64,000 bases of DNA from Chlorokybus atmophyticus (Eukaryota; Plantae; Mesostigma and Chlorokybus algae): NCBI GenBank assembly GCA_009103225.1, contig RHPI01001616.1, positions 126,640 through 190,639 on the forward strand, written 5' to 3'. The notes below the pieces were generated by a model. The model saw only the letters and a list, made by a program, of their open reading frames with translations. It had not been told where the DNA came from and made no database searches. Below, piece after piece: positions 12,789-26,505 of the stretch. The translations under genes were made by a program, and so were the position numbers. Positions within the stretch are counted from its first letter, which is position 1, and every line of letters starts with the position of its first letter.

Positions 12789-13566
12789 ATGTCGTCCTAC
12801 GACAAGGTCAAGCCTGGAGGCCTCAAGCTGAAGGGTGGGCTGAGCGTTAGTGCCGGCCGAGTAGACAAAAAGAACAAGAAGAAGAGGAAGAACAAGGACC
12901 AGGACAAGGAGCAGGACAACAACGCCGACGCCGCCCAGCAGCAAGCCGGCGGCGGCGGTGACGGCCTGGTCGATTACGGCGGCACCGGCCACTTGCCTGA
13001 GGGCAAAGGAGCCTCCAAGGGCTACGAGCAGCTGTTCCACGTGGAGACCAAACGGTTCGGGTATCAGCTGCCGCCCCAAGCGCAGACAAGGGAGGATGCT
13101 TTAGATGCAAGGCAGAAGCTCAAAGCTGACAGGTGAGAGAGGAATCTTGGTTACTTCTTGGTTCCGTTTTCTTGCTGTCTCCTTCGCTGGTTGCTGTTTG
13201 TTTCTTTTTGTGTATGTTGTTCTGTTTGTGCATTGGGAGATGCTGGGTCTAAAGACAGGGTGGTTTGCTTTGCAACCTGGATAGGTGCAAGTAGTGTAAG
13301 GTCTTTTGCCTGTTTTGTTCATGCATGCGCGCTGAAGTGATTGTGGTATTGTGAGTGTTGGCATGTGCACGGACATGTGTATGCGTGTGTGTTCGTGCGC
13401 TGTCTGGCTGTTTGCTTGTGCACAGAATTGGCGCTTGTTGTGTGTTGATCAATAGGAATCATGTGCTGCGTTCACTTGCGTTCTGCAAGCAAACGGTATA
13501 TACTCAATATGCTTGAAGGTGATCCGACAGTAAAGCCATTCCTCTTTATGCAGGTATTGTAAATAA
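12789..13566 (+). CDS. Small basic conserved protein (FAM32A/DUF1754-like N-terminus, C-terminal KADRYCK), 2 exons
   Basis: MSSYDKVKPGGLKLKGG..KKNKKKRK..YEQLFHVETKRFGY..ALDARQKLKAD(R). Intron 13133-13553 (GT-AG) is followed by YCK*. Confidence 0.85.
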
Positions 13567-16002
13567 GCCAAAGGTTCCGGCTTGCGATGGTGATTGCCTA
13601 CCACAACTATGGAGACAGCAATTACAAACCCACAGCTGACTGGTTCGCAGTTGGGCGTAGCTAGTTGTCACATATACTTGTAAAGAAGGGTTGCCCATGC
13701 TGGCATGCCGTCGCGCAGTGCAGTTGTGGTGGTTGCGGTGGAGATTATTGTCATTGCTGACAATAATTATCAGCAAGATGACCAGGGTATACCATGGCTT
13801 GCTGTTTGCATCAGATCTTGTTGTCGTACTTGTCAAGACTGAAGATCAATCAGAACTGGCGCGCGGGTTGCATATCATGAGGAACGTGAAGTCTAGTCGT
13901 CAAGCGTTGTCAAGAGGTCTGCACTTTCGAACAACCTTGCCTACTCAAACCACCAGCTCTTTTTTCACATCAGCAGACATACAAATGGGCTGGTTTGGTA
14001 TGTACCTTCCTATTGCACTGCTATGATTGAGCACCGAACATTGTGCTGGACTCTGTGGTTGCCTGGATTCCAAATTCTATACCAGCCGTGCTGCTGCATG
14101 CTATTCATGATTTAATTCGCCCAAAGCCATAGTAACATGCATACTATCAAGCCTTGTTGCGCTATTGTGCCCCACTTGTTCCCCTCTAAAGGAGAGGAGA
14201 GCANNNNNNNNNNNNNNNNNNNNNNNNNNNNNNNNNNNNNNNNNNNNNNNNNNNNNNNNNNNNNNNNNNNNNNNNNNNNNNNNNNNNNNNNNNNNNNNNN
14301 NNNNNNNNNNNNNNNNNNNNNNNNNNNNNNNNNNNNNNNNNNNNNNNNNNNNNNNNNNNNNNNNNNNNNNNNNNNNNNNNNNNNNNNNNNNNNNNNNNNN
14401 NNNNNNNNNNNNNNNNNNNNNNNNNNNNNNNNNNNNNNNNNNNNNNNNNNNNNNNNNNNNNNNNNNNNNNNNNNNNNNNNNNNNNNNNNNNNNNNNNNNN
14501 NNNNNNNNNNNNNNNNNNNNNNNNNNNNNNNNNNNNNNNNNNNNNNNNNNNNNNNNNNNNNNNNNNNNNNNNNGGGGGGGGGGGGCATAGTCCGAAGGTT
14601 CAACTGCGTCATTGTGTATATATATACGCACACACACATATATATATACATATCATCAGCACTCCATCTTTTGTATACACATGTGCATTGCCGCTTCGCA
14701 TTGTATGTACATAAATATATGTATATTTTAACATGTCTCGTATTATGGATTTTCGCGCGTATATGTCACATGGATGCTGAGTTGACAAGTTGTCATAACT
14801 TATCAAGTTTACGGATAATGTATTCGACATCAGCGAAATATGGAACTTGGCATTTCTCGCATGTGAGGAAGTGTTGAAAATAACCCATCTAGTATAGGTG
14901 AGAGACATTCAATTTCATCGAAGCATAGCGTGCACAAGTAACAGCAGGTAGAGGCTAATAGGACGACAACACCCAAGGCCTCCACTATATGTTGATGTCA
15001 TGTATTGTAAACTCACAACCCTTGCGTGGAATAAGGACAATTCCAAGGAAAGTAGCAAAAACTTTGTGCTACTTAGTAAGAATGTTATGGCATGCACCTG
15101 AACTTTGCTACAGATTATAGCTGCTTAATGGAGGTAGCGGTGTGGGCTATCGCCTCTCGACCACAAGAAAGCACAATGACAAAATTACATGTCAAATGGC
15201 GTTGAGGTAATAGGATGCAATTTAATACATTTATGCGTTATAGCATATGACAGCAACGGGTCACTGAAGCAATATAGCAGCACACCACAAGCACTTCATT
15301 ACGAACAGCGAGCACGGCTACAAGGCAACAACAAGAAGTAACAGCTATGAAAGGCTATTCTTGCATGGAGTGACATAAGAAGTAATGTATCAACTTACTA
15401 TGCTCGTCGTAATGAGAGATATTCATGTCGTACAACCATTCGACATCAAGCTATGAAAGCGTTCTGCTCAGTTACCTGGGGGTTAATGCCTTGGGTAATT
15501 GAACCCAAGGTGCAATGGGACTTCCATGCCACGGGCGTCACGTGAAACCACACAAGCACGCGACACGTTGCCGCGTATGCCACCGTATCGCGCCGCCACC
15601 ATTGGAACATGCTCAGTATCGTTGCCGCCGCAGCGTGTGCGAGATACCGACTGGCTGTCCACTTGCTCACCATCCAAACACCACTGGGCACTGCGAGTGT
15701 CACGGCCTGGCCTGCGGGGTGGCGGTGGTGGCGGCGGCGGCGGCGTAGGTGCTGAGGAGGTAAGCTGTCGGACTGTGTCATTGCTGTCCGCATGGTAGAC
15801 TGGCTGCGAAGTTGTACTCTACAGAACCGGCTGAAGTTGCGGAGCTGGTGTCATTCACAGCGTGCTGCATGCTGCAGTGCACTGAGCTGAACTGAGCTTA
15901 AGTCAGCTTAGCTTGCATGCAAGTTTTTCGTCGTCGCCCTTGGGTAATTACAGTCCAATTTAGTGCATGCGTACAGGTTGAGTCTCAACAACTTCATTCA
16001 CG

Positions 16003-19000
16003 ATGGCGTCGTCCCTGGTGTGGGCGGCATACCCAACGTCAGCGGCGACGGTGGTGCTGTTCGGCCTTTTCGCCCTGGGCGTGGCGTTCTACCGACGCAG
16101 CAAGTCTGGTCCGGACACCGTCGAGTTCTTCCTCACCGCAAGACGGTCTATTGGATCACTCCGCATTGGCTGGTAACACAATGTGTTTGTAGCCCGAGCG
16201 TGTGTGACTGCTTGCTTGCACTTGCTTTGTGTAGAGTTGTGACCACTTCAGCTGATCTTTACTCCAGCTGTGAGCTGTGAGTCTGATGCTTGTACACTGA
16301 GGTCAACATTGCAAGAACTGCTGTTTCAGCTGCTGCTGCTGTTGTCGTTGTAGTCATTGTGGCGAAGCACTTGATTGGTGAGTTGGAGCTGAGGCTCCAG
16401 TCCATCAGCCACGTTCAATGCTTCTGCTCCACTGGCCGTTTTTTGCACAAGTAGAAGTGTTCAGTTCTCACTGTTATAAGCACAGCCATGCAAGTTGCAA
16501 GTGTTTGCAAGTTCCTCAGTTTGTTATGGTGCTCCAACTTGCATTGAGTGTTGTAACAACAATCACCACACCCACACCCACAACAGCACTATCAGCAGCA
16601 GCTATGTCCAAGCAATCCAGATGGGTCCCTGTGTGGTGTTATTGCTGCCTTGCCTCCAGCACTCTCAGATGCACGCGATCATGAGCATCCACACCTCACC
16701 TCCCGTCCCTCGCCAGGTCCTTTTACGCCTCGGCCATGGGTGCATGGGTCCTCTTCGGCCCGCCGAGCTATGCGTACTACGCGGGCATCACTGGCCTGGC
16801 GATGTATGCGTTCTCCGCGGGCATGCCGCTCATCGTGGTTGCCTTCTTCGGGAGCCTCGTGCACGAACGCCACCCTGACATTATGTCCATTGCTGACTAT
16901 GCACAGGTTAGGAGGTTGTGTGTATGGCTGCGCGTGTGTGTGAGACAAGATTGGTGTGAAGTGCACTGACGCAAAGAAGGCACTAGGGGTGCTCGTGTTG
17001 ATGCCCGATTTTGTTGGTTTGAAGCTGTATGCTTCATCCCAACATTGTCATTATGTTGGCATACAACCGAGCTGAGATTACACCCTCAGCCACCTGACCA
17101 GGGTAATGCCTGCGAAGGGAAGCTGCCGTGTTTCCTCTCTTTGTGTTCATGTGTTCGCAGCTGCGCAAAACAGCCTCACATCAATCAACCCTCTCGCGCC
17201 GGGACAAAGACAGCCAGGCTGCTGAACACAACAACAAGCGAGAGCTTGGGTGGTTTTGGAATGTCTCGCATTGCAGTCTCTATACATGCATGATGTTACC
17301 AACATTCAATCAAGCTGACAATCTGGTTGCTTTTCTTGCAGCGGAGGTTCGGCCTGATTGTGCAGCTGTACGTGTCGACGATCATCCTTCTCAACATGGG
17401 GATAGGGTTGACGGCGGAGTACACTGCCATCGGCGACTTGTTTGAGTACATAGTAGGCACAACACGCATCCCTATTGTCATCATTGAGGTGCGGCGATGA
17501 CGGCTTTACATGTGCATACACCACAACATGCGCACAAACACATGCGCGGGCACGCGCACATGGATGAGTATGCACATACATGCCCACATGCCCACAAGCG
17601 CCCGCCCGCACGTGTGGGCATGTGTGCATTTGCTGACATTAGCAAACAGGTGCACGCGTGCAAGCAGACGCACAACTTTTGTCTCTTAGGCCGGAATGCT
17701 CACACGTATGCACACACACACAAGCACAGGCACACACACTCCTGTCTTGTAGGGTGTTGTGGCTTCGGCATACACGGCTTTTGGAGGTCTGTATGTTTCC
17801 ATCATCACCGACCAGGCGCAAGCGTTCATCAGCATAGTTACGCTATCAATCCTGGTCATTTACGTCGGAGTTACTTTTGATGCGCCGTTGCCCAAACCAC
17901 TGCCGCCGAACCTTGCTGCCAACAATTACACAGGCTTGGCCTCCATTGGCACCATGCCAATCTCCCTGGTCTGCGCCACTGTCTTCAGGTGTGCACATGC
18001 GTGCATACGTATGCGCGCGCTTGCGCATGCGCATGCATGTAGTTGCGTATATGCAAGTGTGCAGGCTTGCGCGTGCATGTGTGCGCGCTTGTGTGTGTGC
18101 GCTTTCATGCGCAATGCGCACATCCCACGTAATGCCATCATGCTGATGCTTCTTGGTTGTCCCCCGCAGTGAGGTGTTCTGGCAGAGGTGTTGGGCAGGA
18201 GCCACCAGCAGGCAGCTGAGAACCGGGTCCATCCTTGGGGCCGTGGCAGTGATCTGTGCCACGTTTTTGATTGGCTTCGGGGGCTTCTTGGCCGCATGGG
18301 GCAATGTGTTTGTTCCAGCAGGTAAGCAGTTGAAACCAATTGCATCAATTGTGCATGCAGAGCCAACAAGTCAACTTGTGCAACCCACAGGTCCTGATGA
18401 TACCGGCAACACTATCTTGTTCTCCTTGTTGCACAACAATTGGGTGATTGTCATCACATCGGTCTTGGCCGTGACTTGGAGCACATCTGCAGTGGACAGC
18501 TTCCAAGTAAGTTGTTGCCGTTGTTTTAGCTTACACAAGCACATACGCTGACTTCCAAGCTGCATCACCAACATGTTGTGCATGCAGAATGCCATTGTGG
18601 ACACCGTGTCCGGCGTGTGGCTGCGCGGCGTGCCGCTGATGTACATTCGCGCGCTCGTGCTGATACTCAACATCCCGCCCATCGTTGTAAGCCTCAAGGG
18701 CTACAGCGTCCTCAGCCTGTACCTGCTTGCTAACTTGGTCACCACCACATCCGCCATCCCCCTGCTGCTAGGTTAGAGCTTGACAACACCCACAAGATTG
18801 ACAGTTCAGCACTACATTTCAGTTAGTCTTTCTGTCACATGAACAGTCCCCGTCTTTGCTTTTTATCATTAAACAGTTCAGATTTCTTTTCGTTTTCTCT
18901 TTTTAACAGTACTATCTTACACAGATGTCATCAAAACTACTACTTACATTACTTTTGTTACTTCTTTGCCAGGTCTGTGGAGGGATAAGTGGGGAAGCAA

Positions 19001-19620
19001 GCTCGTGACGTCGTTCTCAATGCTGTTTGGCTGCTTGTTTAGCTTCGCTTCGCTCTTTGTGTATGCAAAGATCAAGCAGAATGAAGGCGAGAGCTACAAC
19101 GATGTCGTGCACACGATGTTCTTTGGACTCTATGGTAAGGTTTCAGACATAAGCACACAGCTCTCACCCGTTTACAAAGCAGTTGCTCACCTCAACGCAT
19201 GTCAAACATGCATGCTATGTGTGCTCATGTCGTGTCTCTTTTGGCGCAGATTACCCGCCCTTTGTCATTGCGTTGGGTTTCTCTGCCATTGGCGTGGCTC
19301 TTGGCGCTTGCATTGAGCTCGGACTTGCAGCTGTGTTCCCCTCAATACAGGTATAACTCTCTGTATCTTTGCTGTTGATAGAGTCACCCTCAAGCTATTG
19401 TATAAGGTATTGACACAAACTGGTCCTTCTGTTTATGCAGTTGTCAAGATGGCTTGCGCTGCGCCATCTCAGCGAGAAGGCGCATCTGAAGCAGAGTTCA
19501 GAAATTGATGAAGCCGCTGTCGCGAATGGCGATCATAAGTATAGGGTGGGCGTGCCAGCTGGCGACAGCAGTCCGCTGCACGGAGATGCTTTTAGGTTTC
19601 ATCACTGTCCACCCTTGTAG
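16003..19620 (+). CDS. Sodium:solute symporter (SSS/SLC5) family transporter, DUR3/Dur31-like, about 10 exons
   Basis: MASSLVWAA..EFFLTARRS; FYASAMGAWVLFGPP..; RRFG..; AYTAFGGLYVSIITDQAQ; SEVFWQRCWA; STSAVDSFQNAI. Many transmembrane segments; exon phases are compatible. Substrate not determined. Confidence 0.9.
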
Positions 19621-19829
19621 TGAGTGAAGTCTATACCACCCATGTATAGGTTGTATTTTTTCTCTATCTACTAATCCTCATTTCGCAATTAGCAGCTTGC
19701 TATGATCTTCCATCCATTGAATCGATTGGTCACCTACTTTGGTCACCTACTTTGCTGTTCGTGCAGCTACTGGCCGGAGTAATGTGCGATGGAGGGTACA
19801 CAGTTGTAGGCAAAGTGTGCATGGTTGTT

Positions 19830-20029
19830 CTGTGCAGCAGTGGTGCAGGCAATGAAAGGTTCATCTGGGCTAGCATCTGTACTGGGCAGATTCCACCGCA
19901 CAGATCTATCGATTGCTGTTTGGGGACACTCTGTGCAGCAGTGGTGCAGGCAATGAAAGGTTCATCTGGGCTAGCATCTGTACTGGGCAGATTCCACCGC
20001 ACAGATCTATCGATTGCTGTTTGGGGACA
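19830..20029. repeat. Near-perfect tandem duplication, 2 x 101 bp
   Basis: ctgtgcagcagtggtgcaggcaatgaaagg...gattgctgtttggggaca starts at 19830 and again at 19931. Confidence 0.95.
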
Positions 20030-20769
20030 ATAATTCTGTGCTGAAAATGATAGCTACGGTAACCTGAACAATAGTTATTTCGGCTTGGTGCACATGCAAG
20101 TGTACAGAATGACCTCAAGTAGCATTGTTGTTAGCTATCCACTCACACGCGTTCATTGAGTGACAGCTGCATATACGCTTTGGACTGCCAGCATGTGTAT
20201 ATGGGCTGTTGCTATGTGCATTACAGCCTGTGTCCCTGTGCAGCGTAACTCCCCGCCTGCTCATGAACAATACACAAATAACAATCGGAAGTGCAAGATC
20301 TCTAGCTGTGCATGCACTCACCATAGAGCCTTGCCAAGTGAAGGATATGACACAAGATGGCACCCAACCAATCGGAACTGCGCACTGCATGGAGGTTGGA
20401 GACTTGATGAACCGTATTGTCGACAAGTGCAATGGCGGTTGCACGCCCCAACAATTGCACTCGGCCCCTCAATCACCAATGGCGGCACTCAGGGCATCAC
20501 ACAACAGTTGCATCACATGAATGAACCCCATGCACGTAATCGAGCAGCACATCTCGACAACACTACCATGATGCTTTGACCACGAGACCCATTGCGAGCG
20601 ATATTGAAAGCATAACAACAGTCTAGTTACGGCATAATGAAGTCTAGTTACCAACAACCTCGAACCGCGGCACATGTTGCGCATGTGCTGTATCATATTT
20701 GTTGTTGTGATTGTTTGTGGGATCTGATATCACTGGAAAGCACTACTTGCAACAGCACCCGCTGTTGTT

Positions 20770-22644
20770 TTAGGCGCTCACATTCACCTGCACTTCCACA
20801 CCCTCGGGTCCGTGTAGCTCCAACACTTTAAGCACAGACATAATCTGCAGCAAGGCGTGCTCAATTGAAGCATAAGCAACAGACAAAGCATAGTGCTGCA
20901 GCATGAGAAATGCATGCAAACGGTTCCCTCCGCCACATCAGTTAAAAACCGCAGCTCACCTTGGGTCGAACATCAAACACCTTCTTCCTGTCATTAGCCT
21001 GCAAATAGATGCGACCGATTGAGTACGGGAGACGACTTCTGACTGCATGTGTTGGACAACACCTGAAAGACTCGAGAAGCCCATCTTGCGTAAAGACAGG
21101 ACCCCATCAACAAGGCAGGCCACTTACAAGGCGAAGCATCTGCGCGCGCACGACAGCGTTCTCCACATATGGCGTGCCCACAGCCAGCTTGTCCCCACCA
21201 CCCAGCAGCAGAACTCGTCCGAGTTCCACCTGAACAATGCATACTGTTATTGAACCCACATACTGATGCTCCGCACGTAGTGCATTTCTTTCAAACTACC
21301 AACACACTCACTATGTTGGCAATCAAGTGCCTACAGACAAACCCCGCTAAAATGCTTCCTGCTAAGGAGAGCATTCACTGCATAGCTCCGCGATGTGCAA
21401 AGCTATGCGATCCTTAAGACTGCATTCCACCAACTGGCCACCACTGCTCATCGCACATGCAGTCCATGTTATGCACTCTGAAGCACAATGCGCCATATCA
21501 CACCTGATCACCAGGCTCTACGCCCTGTAGCTTCTCTGTGTAGATGATGTCGTCCTGAGCAACCCTGTACTGATGCGAGCCCACCTGACATTGCATAACA
21601 CATGAGCATTGAGTGCAGCCAGGCACTCACATACACAATACTTGAGGCCATGCAGCATGTCGCGGGGACCGTGTTTCCATGTGTACCTCAACAACAGCGA
21701 AGGTGTGACCGTTTGCTGACATGGTCACTGCGCATTGCGACCTGCGGGCTAATCAGTAGCAAACCAACAGTGAGTATGCTTTGGGGAAGTTGTTCAAGTA
21801 GGCAAGAAAACTATAATATAATGGTAGCTGCGGTTGGGTATCATCTAGTCACTCCTGGGATAAGCATACACAACAGACGTCCCCTGTGCATGACAGCAGT
21901 GCAAAGATGCCTGAGCGAGTACTGGATTGCACAGTGATATAAACCAGGCTTTTGGGACATGCACTGATCAGCAATGCTGCTGACTTGACAACCTGACAGT
22001 TACCCAGTGCAAACAACTGGTACAAACTAACAACAGCTGCAATACTATATCCCGACAAGCAGGTGATGGCTCTGCATTGTGATGTGAACAACAACGCAAC
22101 GATGATACGTTCGTGGGCAAGGCACGCAATGCTCACCAGCGGTTGAGGGTGTGGAGAGTCGAAGGGCGCCAGCAGTGCGGGCAGACTGCCGCCATGAGCA
22201 TTGGACAGCAGAGGTTGGCTGCAGACAAGTAAGGAGTGTGTGCAATGTGAGCTTCTCGCTTTTGAGACATGCCATTGCATCAAACTGCGTTCATGGCATC
22301 GCGTAGACACTACTAGGAACAAGTTGTGGTCACTACGAGCAAGGATATAGCGCAAGAGCTTAATAAAGTGACGCTCAAGAATGCCACTGCTTACATTGCG
22401 TAGGAAATTGCTCTGCAAGTCGTGTTGTGCAAGTCATGCTTGCACAGCATAACTTGCAAGGCAATGCCCCACACCACGCGCCACGTGGCACGTCAAGTTT
22501 TTGGCTGCCAGCGACCTTATGGTGAGCCAGTGCATTGACGTTAAACAACGACCACAACCCCGCCCCTACCTTCTGCAAGCCCGATCGCGGAGACGCCGCC
22601 GCCACGGCGGCGGCGGCACCTGGCAGGCACGCCACAGCCTCCAT
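20770..22644 (-). CDS. bL21: Organellar ribosomal protein bL21-like (probably mitochondrial type, with N-terminal extension)
   Basis: Exons GHTFAVVE|VGSHQYRVAQDDIIYTEKLQGVEPGDQ|VELGRVLLLGGGDKLAVGTPYVENAVVRAQ match bL21. Putative last exons are ANDRKKVFDVRPK|IMSVLKVLELHG..VSA*. The 5' exons and start codon are tentative. Confidence 0.75.
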
Positions 22645-22872
22645 CCAACCACCCAGGAGAACAACTCCTCTTACGGAACACCGCAGCCCTTCGCTTCTTG
22701 CCCCTCCTCCTTGTCCCCCTCCTCTTCCTTCTTGGCAGCGGCGGCGGCGATGACAGCGACGCCCGCCCGGAAGACCTGCACAACGCGTCAGCCGCCGCCT
22801 GAAGGCGAGGCGGACCTCGCGATGCCCGGGCGCAGGGGCTAGCAGGCGCACGCAGCGCGCGACACGGATGAA

Positions 22873-23030
22873 TTAGGGTTTACTCGACCCTGCTGGATAA
22901 GGGCCGCATTTACGTGGCGCATCCATTGACGCGCGTTGCAACAATTCCGTCACGCGTTACGCACTGTGCGCGTAACGTTGGTCGCGGTCCAATTTCAAAA
23001 GTCACGTGACAGGAATGGGCCACGTGTCAT
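22873..23030. promoter_or_regulatory. Promoter of the bL21-like gene: telobox, palindromic G-box and site-II/ABRE-like element
   Basis: TTAGGGTTT at 22873-22881; GTCACGTGAC at 23001-23010; TGGGCCACGTGTC at about 23016-23028. Confidence 0.6.
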
Positions 23031-23099
23031 GCGCGCATGTCTCCAAAAAGTGATCAGTCATAAGACCATCCAGGTGGGCATTTTTATTAGATAGTTGCC

Positions 23100-24130
23100 C
23101 ACATGGATCAAGCCCCCAACAACAGGACGAAGAAGGGGTCAGNGGGGGGGCAATTCACAACTGGCCCCTTTCCCCGCACAATCTTCATGTCTACGCGTAT
23201 ACAGACATATGTGCTGAATATGCACACGCACAAATACAAGATGCATATTCGGACCCCCAAACATAGTAACAAACTCAAACAAAGAAGCACAATTAAACAT
23301 GATTAAGAACCTCTCGAAGCTATCTTTAAATCTAACGGGCCATAGGTTACACATCTGTCGACACCCTTACATCACTACGGCATATGAGTCATCTTCCGCA
23401 ACGAGAAAACAAGCTGTGTAATGTCTACCGGCTAGCTTGTTACAAATAGCTTTAAAGCGTCTTACCCTACTTATGTTGAAGATCGTAGTATACTATAAAA
23501 GCCCTCAAACATAACGGCGCGCGGAGGGGAGGGAGGGGGCGGGGGGCTCTTTCCATGTAAAGAATTGTATATGATTGCAAATGAACATGTGCGTGTGCAA
23601 ACACGATGTATATGATTTGTAATTGAATTCAATTGGGCTTTCAACTTGTTAGTAAATGATGGTTGTCATCAACAAACCAAGCTGATCGCAAGCGATCATG
23701 TATGTTCGTTGCGTTCTTTCTCGGGTTGTGTTTGCTCCCTTTATGCTCCCCACCGGCTTGCGTATTTCTCGCATGGTGCCTGAGGGTCCTAGCTTGCTAT
23801 GCACTCTTAGAGTCGACCTTAGGTTTAAAAGACTGTAAGCTGAAAGCTCTGCTCCCNNNNNNNNNNNNNNNNNNNNNNNNNNNNNNNNNNNNNNNNNNNN
23901 NNNNNNNNNNCCCCCTTTGCGCCCCCCCGCCCTCCCTTGATCAATTGTTTGCTTCTTTATCCGAGTTTGCTGCTTGGCTGCCAAGCAACAACCTTAGCAT
24001 GCTAAATACCGTCCAACATAGTGTGTCTTTCCGCAACTTTTATGATTGTTCTCTGCCCTTTAACGTATTTCTTTTAAACAATTCAACACGTTGACTAATG
24101 TTTGCATTTTCATTCGCACTAAGTCGCAAC
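23100..24130. other. AT-richer non-coding island with G/C tracts and a gap; possible transposon remnant (similar character at 14100-15400)
   Basis: Composition differs from the flanking genes and intron-type RY repeats are absent. I found no transposase motif or terminal repeats. Confidence 0.25.
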
Positions 24131-25137
24131 TGCGATTGCAATTGTCATGGTTAACCAATTTGCACGGAAGTGTCATAATGCAAGGATATTGGAGCTTGCA
24201 ACTTGCATCTGAAAGGCCATCTTATTGTCATATATGTGTTGCTATTGAATGACACAATGTGTTCATATAGTGTGCAGTTGCCCCGAGGCAACTTGCTCAC
24301 TGTGGGCGTTTGTGTACAGAAAGTGCGAGAGGGGTATGTGTGAGGCGAACTACTGTGCTTGCTGCTACCGTGCACCGTTGCCAGGCTGCTGAGGGGCCCA
24401 GCCAGCTGTTTGCTTTGGTTGCTTTGCTGACTACTGCCTTGGTTTGCCTAACACTAACTTGCACCCTGCACCCCACCGCACTATCATTCTACACTGTTTG
24501 CTAGCGTGTGTAGAAGTCAGTGGTTGCTTGTGTCAGTCAGTCACTCAGATTTGCGTATTTACATCTGCATGGTTGCGCATGTGTGGCACAACATGTTAAC
24601 TGCATGTATAGGCAACCATGAATGTTCGTGCGTGGAGGAATCCGAGTTGTTGTTGTGCCTTCACACACGTGATGTGAAATTACCGTTCGGTACTTCAAGA
24701 ATTCATATTGCTGTAAGTATACAGTAACGCTAAGCTACATGCTTGAGCGGACAATGCCAAGCAGGATTAGCACAGTAAAAGCTTGTATGAAGAGGCTTTC
24801 TTGCGACGAGTCACTGATAACGCCGCCCTTGTTGCTGATAGTCGTCAACAAGGCTGCAATTGATAATGTAGTTGTCGGATTGTGGCATAACACCACAATT
24901 AGGTTGTACGCTGAGGCACCCCTCACTACGTGCTTGCAAACAAAAACATCAGCGTGCACACCTACAAGTCTAAGCTCTCTGACCTACGAGTCGCCATTAC
25001 CAGCGCTGTATTTTGTCTGCACCTTGTGACCTACAATAGCATGCACTACAATGCTGCACAAACCCCTACAAAACGAACACCAACAGAACCTAACTTCTCC
25101 TGTACAACTACGCCTATGGGAGCCTACCGCAACAACA

Positions 25138-26505
25138 TCAAGCAACTACACCTGCCGCTGACAGCGCATTATATGCAGCCACGATGCGCTTGAACCGATC
25201 TTCCGCAACCTTCTTTGCCCTATCACCAATGTGCTTGTCAGGATGCCACGCAATGACGCATTTCCTGTACGCATTCTTGAGAGCGGACTGGGTGAGTTTC
25301 TCATCCTGCGATATGCCGAGTGTTTCCCTGTGCTCGCAACCGGGCTGGACCGTCCAGGCATGAGTTTGATAGTAACTGTTGGAGTGGCTGTGGTTGTGGC
25401 TTGAGGCTCTTTCATGAGCCTTTTGCTTCTTGGACACTCTCTCTTGAGAAGCCTTCTCTTCCCTGGCCTGCTGATGCAACCTCCATCTCACCTCCCGAAT
25501 GTGGTCCCACTCTTCAAAGCGCTGCTGTCCCTCTGCCGAACTCCTGTACCTGCTCAGCAATCATGACATATTTGTCTCTTTGCCTGCCTGCATGAGCATG
25601 CGTGCATGTGTGTGTGTGTGCGCGTGCGTGCGTGCATGTGTGTGTGCGCACATGCACGCATGGCCACCCATGCAAGCGTAACTGTTTGCAATCATGTGAC
25701 CCCACCCATACATCTAATACAAGCAAGCAGCAAAAAAACGCGTAGCTAAGGATAACAACCAACAAGCGAACAGCATAGAATAAAAGGTGTACACGTTGCA
25801 GTGCCATGTACTGTACAACCGACATGAGCTCATGTTGTACCTGAATTCTTCCTCTTCAGCCTGTTGTTGTTGCTGTTGTTTGCGGAACTGCGCCCACGCC
25901 CGCCGCCAGAGCGACTTGAGGCTCGTGTTCTGCCAGCTGTCGTGCAGCTCGTAGAAGAACCACACGTGCTCGCTGCCGCCCCGTCGAGGACTCCCGCCTC
26001 CCGCATCAGACCGCGCATGCCGCTTGGCCTGCGGCTTCGGCGTAGTCCCGAATATGTTCCAAAACTCCGCATGACCCAAACCCCGAAAGCGCCTCAACTC
26101 ACGCCTCGCCGCTGCACGCCTCTCCCTATGAATCAAACACATACTGGCACATAAGCACGCACACACGCACGCGCACGCATACACACCCCTATGCAAATGC
26201 ATGCACACGCGCACGCACCTACAACATATCAACACAATGAACTGGATGATACTCAGTGCATACTACCCTTTGACAGATGATACAACATCACACCTGTTTC
26301 GTTCAGTGCGATCGAGTCTGTCTTGAAAGTTTCCCATCCACCTGCCTTTACTTTTGTGCGTGGCCATGCCGCGTGCGCCACCATTGATGTCGCCGTTGAA
26401 TGCATTTGCACACGCATTCAGCAAGCTTGGCTGCTGCCAGCTGGTTGAAGCTGCTGCTGGCAGAAGCCACGCATGTCCGCGGCGCAAAAGCCATGCTTGC
26501 TGCAT
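25138..26505 (-). CDS. Type III J-domain (DnaJ) protein with C-terminal J domain, 3 coding exons, possibly organelle-targeted
   Basis: ETLGISQDEKLTQSALKNAYRKCVIAWHPDKHIGDRAKKVAEDRFKRIVAAYNAL contains the HPD motif. Upstream exons MQQAW..ERN(R)|ERRAAARRE..EEEF(R) join in phase. Confidence 0.88.

Noticed and set aside
13691-14026. ORF with LLFASDLVVVL..SELARGL, reminiscent of the LINE reverse-transcriptase YADD region
   Set aside because: The catalytic DD pair is absent and no other RT motifs lie nearby. A BLASTX search would be needed.
17161-17270. Candidate cassette exon in a transporter intron
   Set aside because: It is a hydrophilic insert with a weak donor that is not needed for frame, and there is no supporting evidence.
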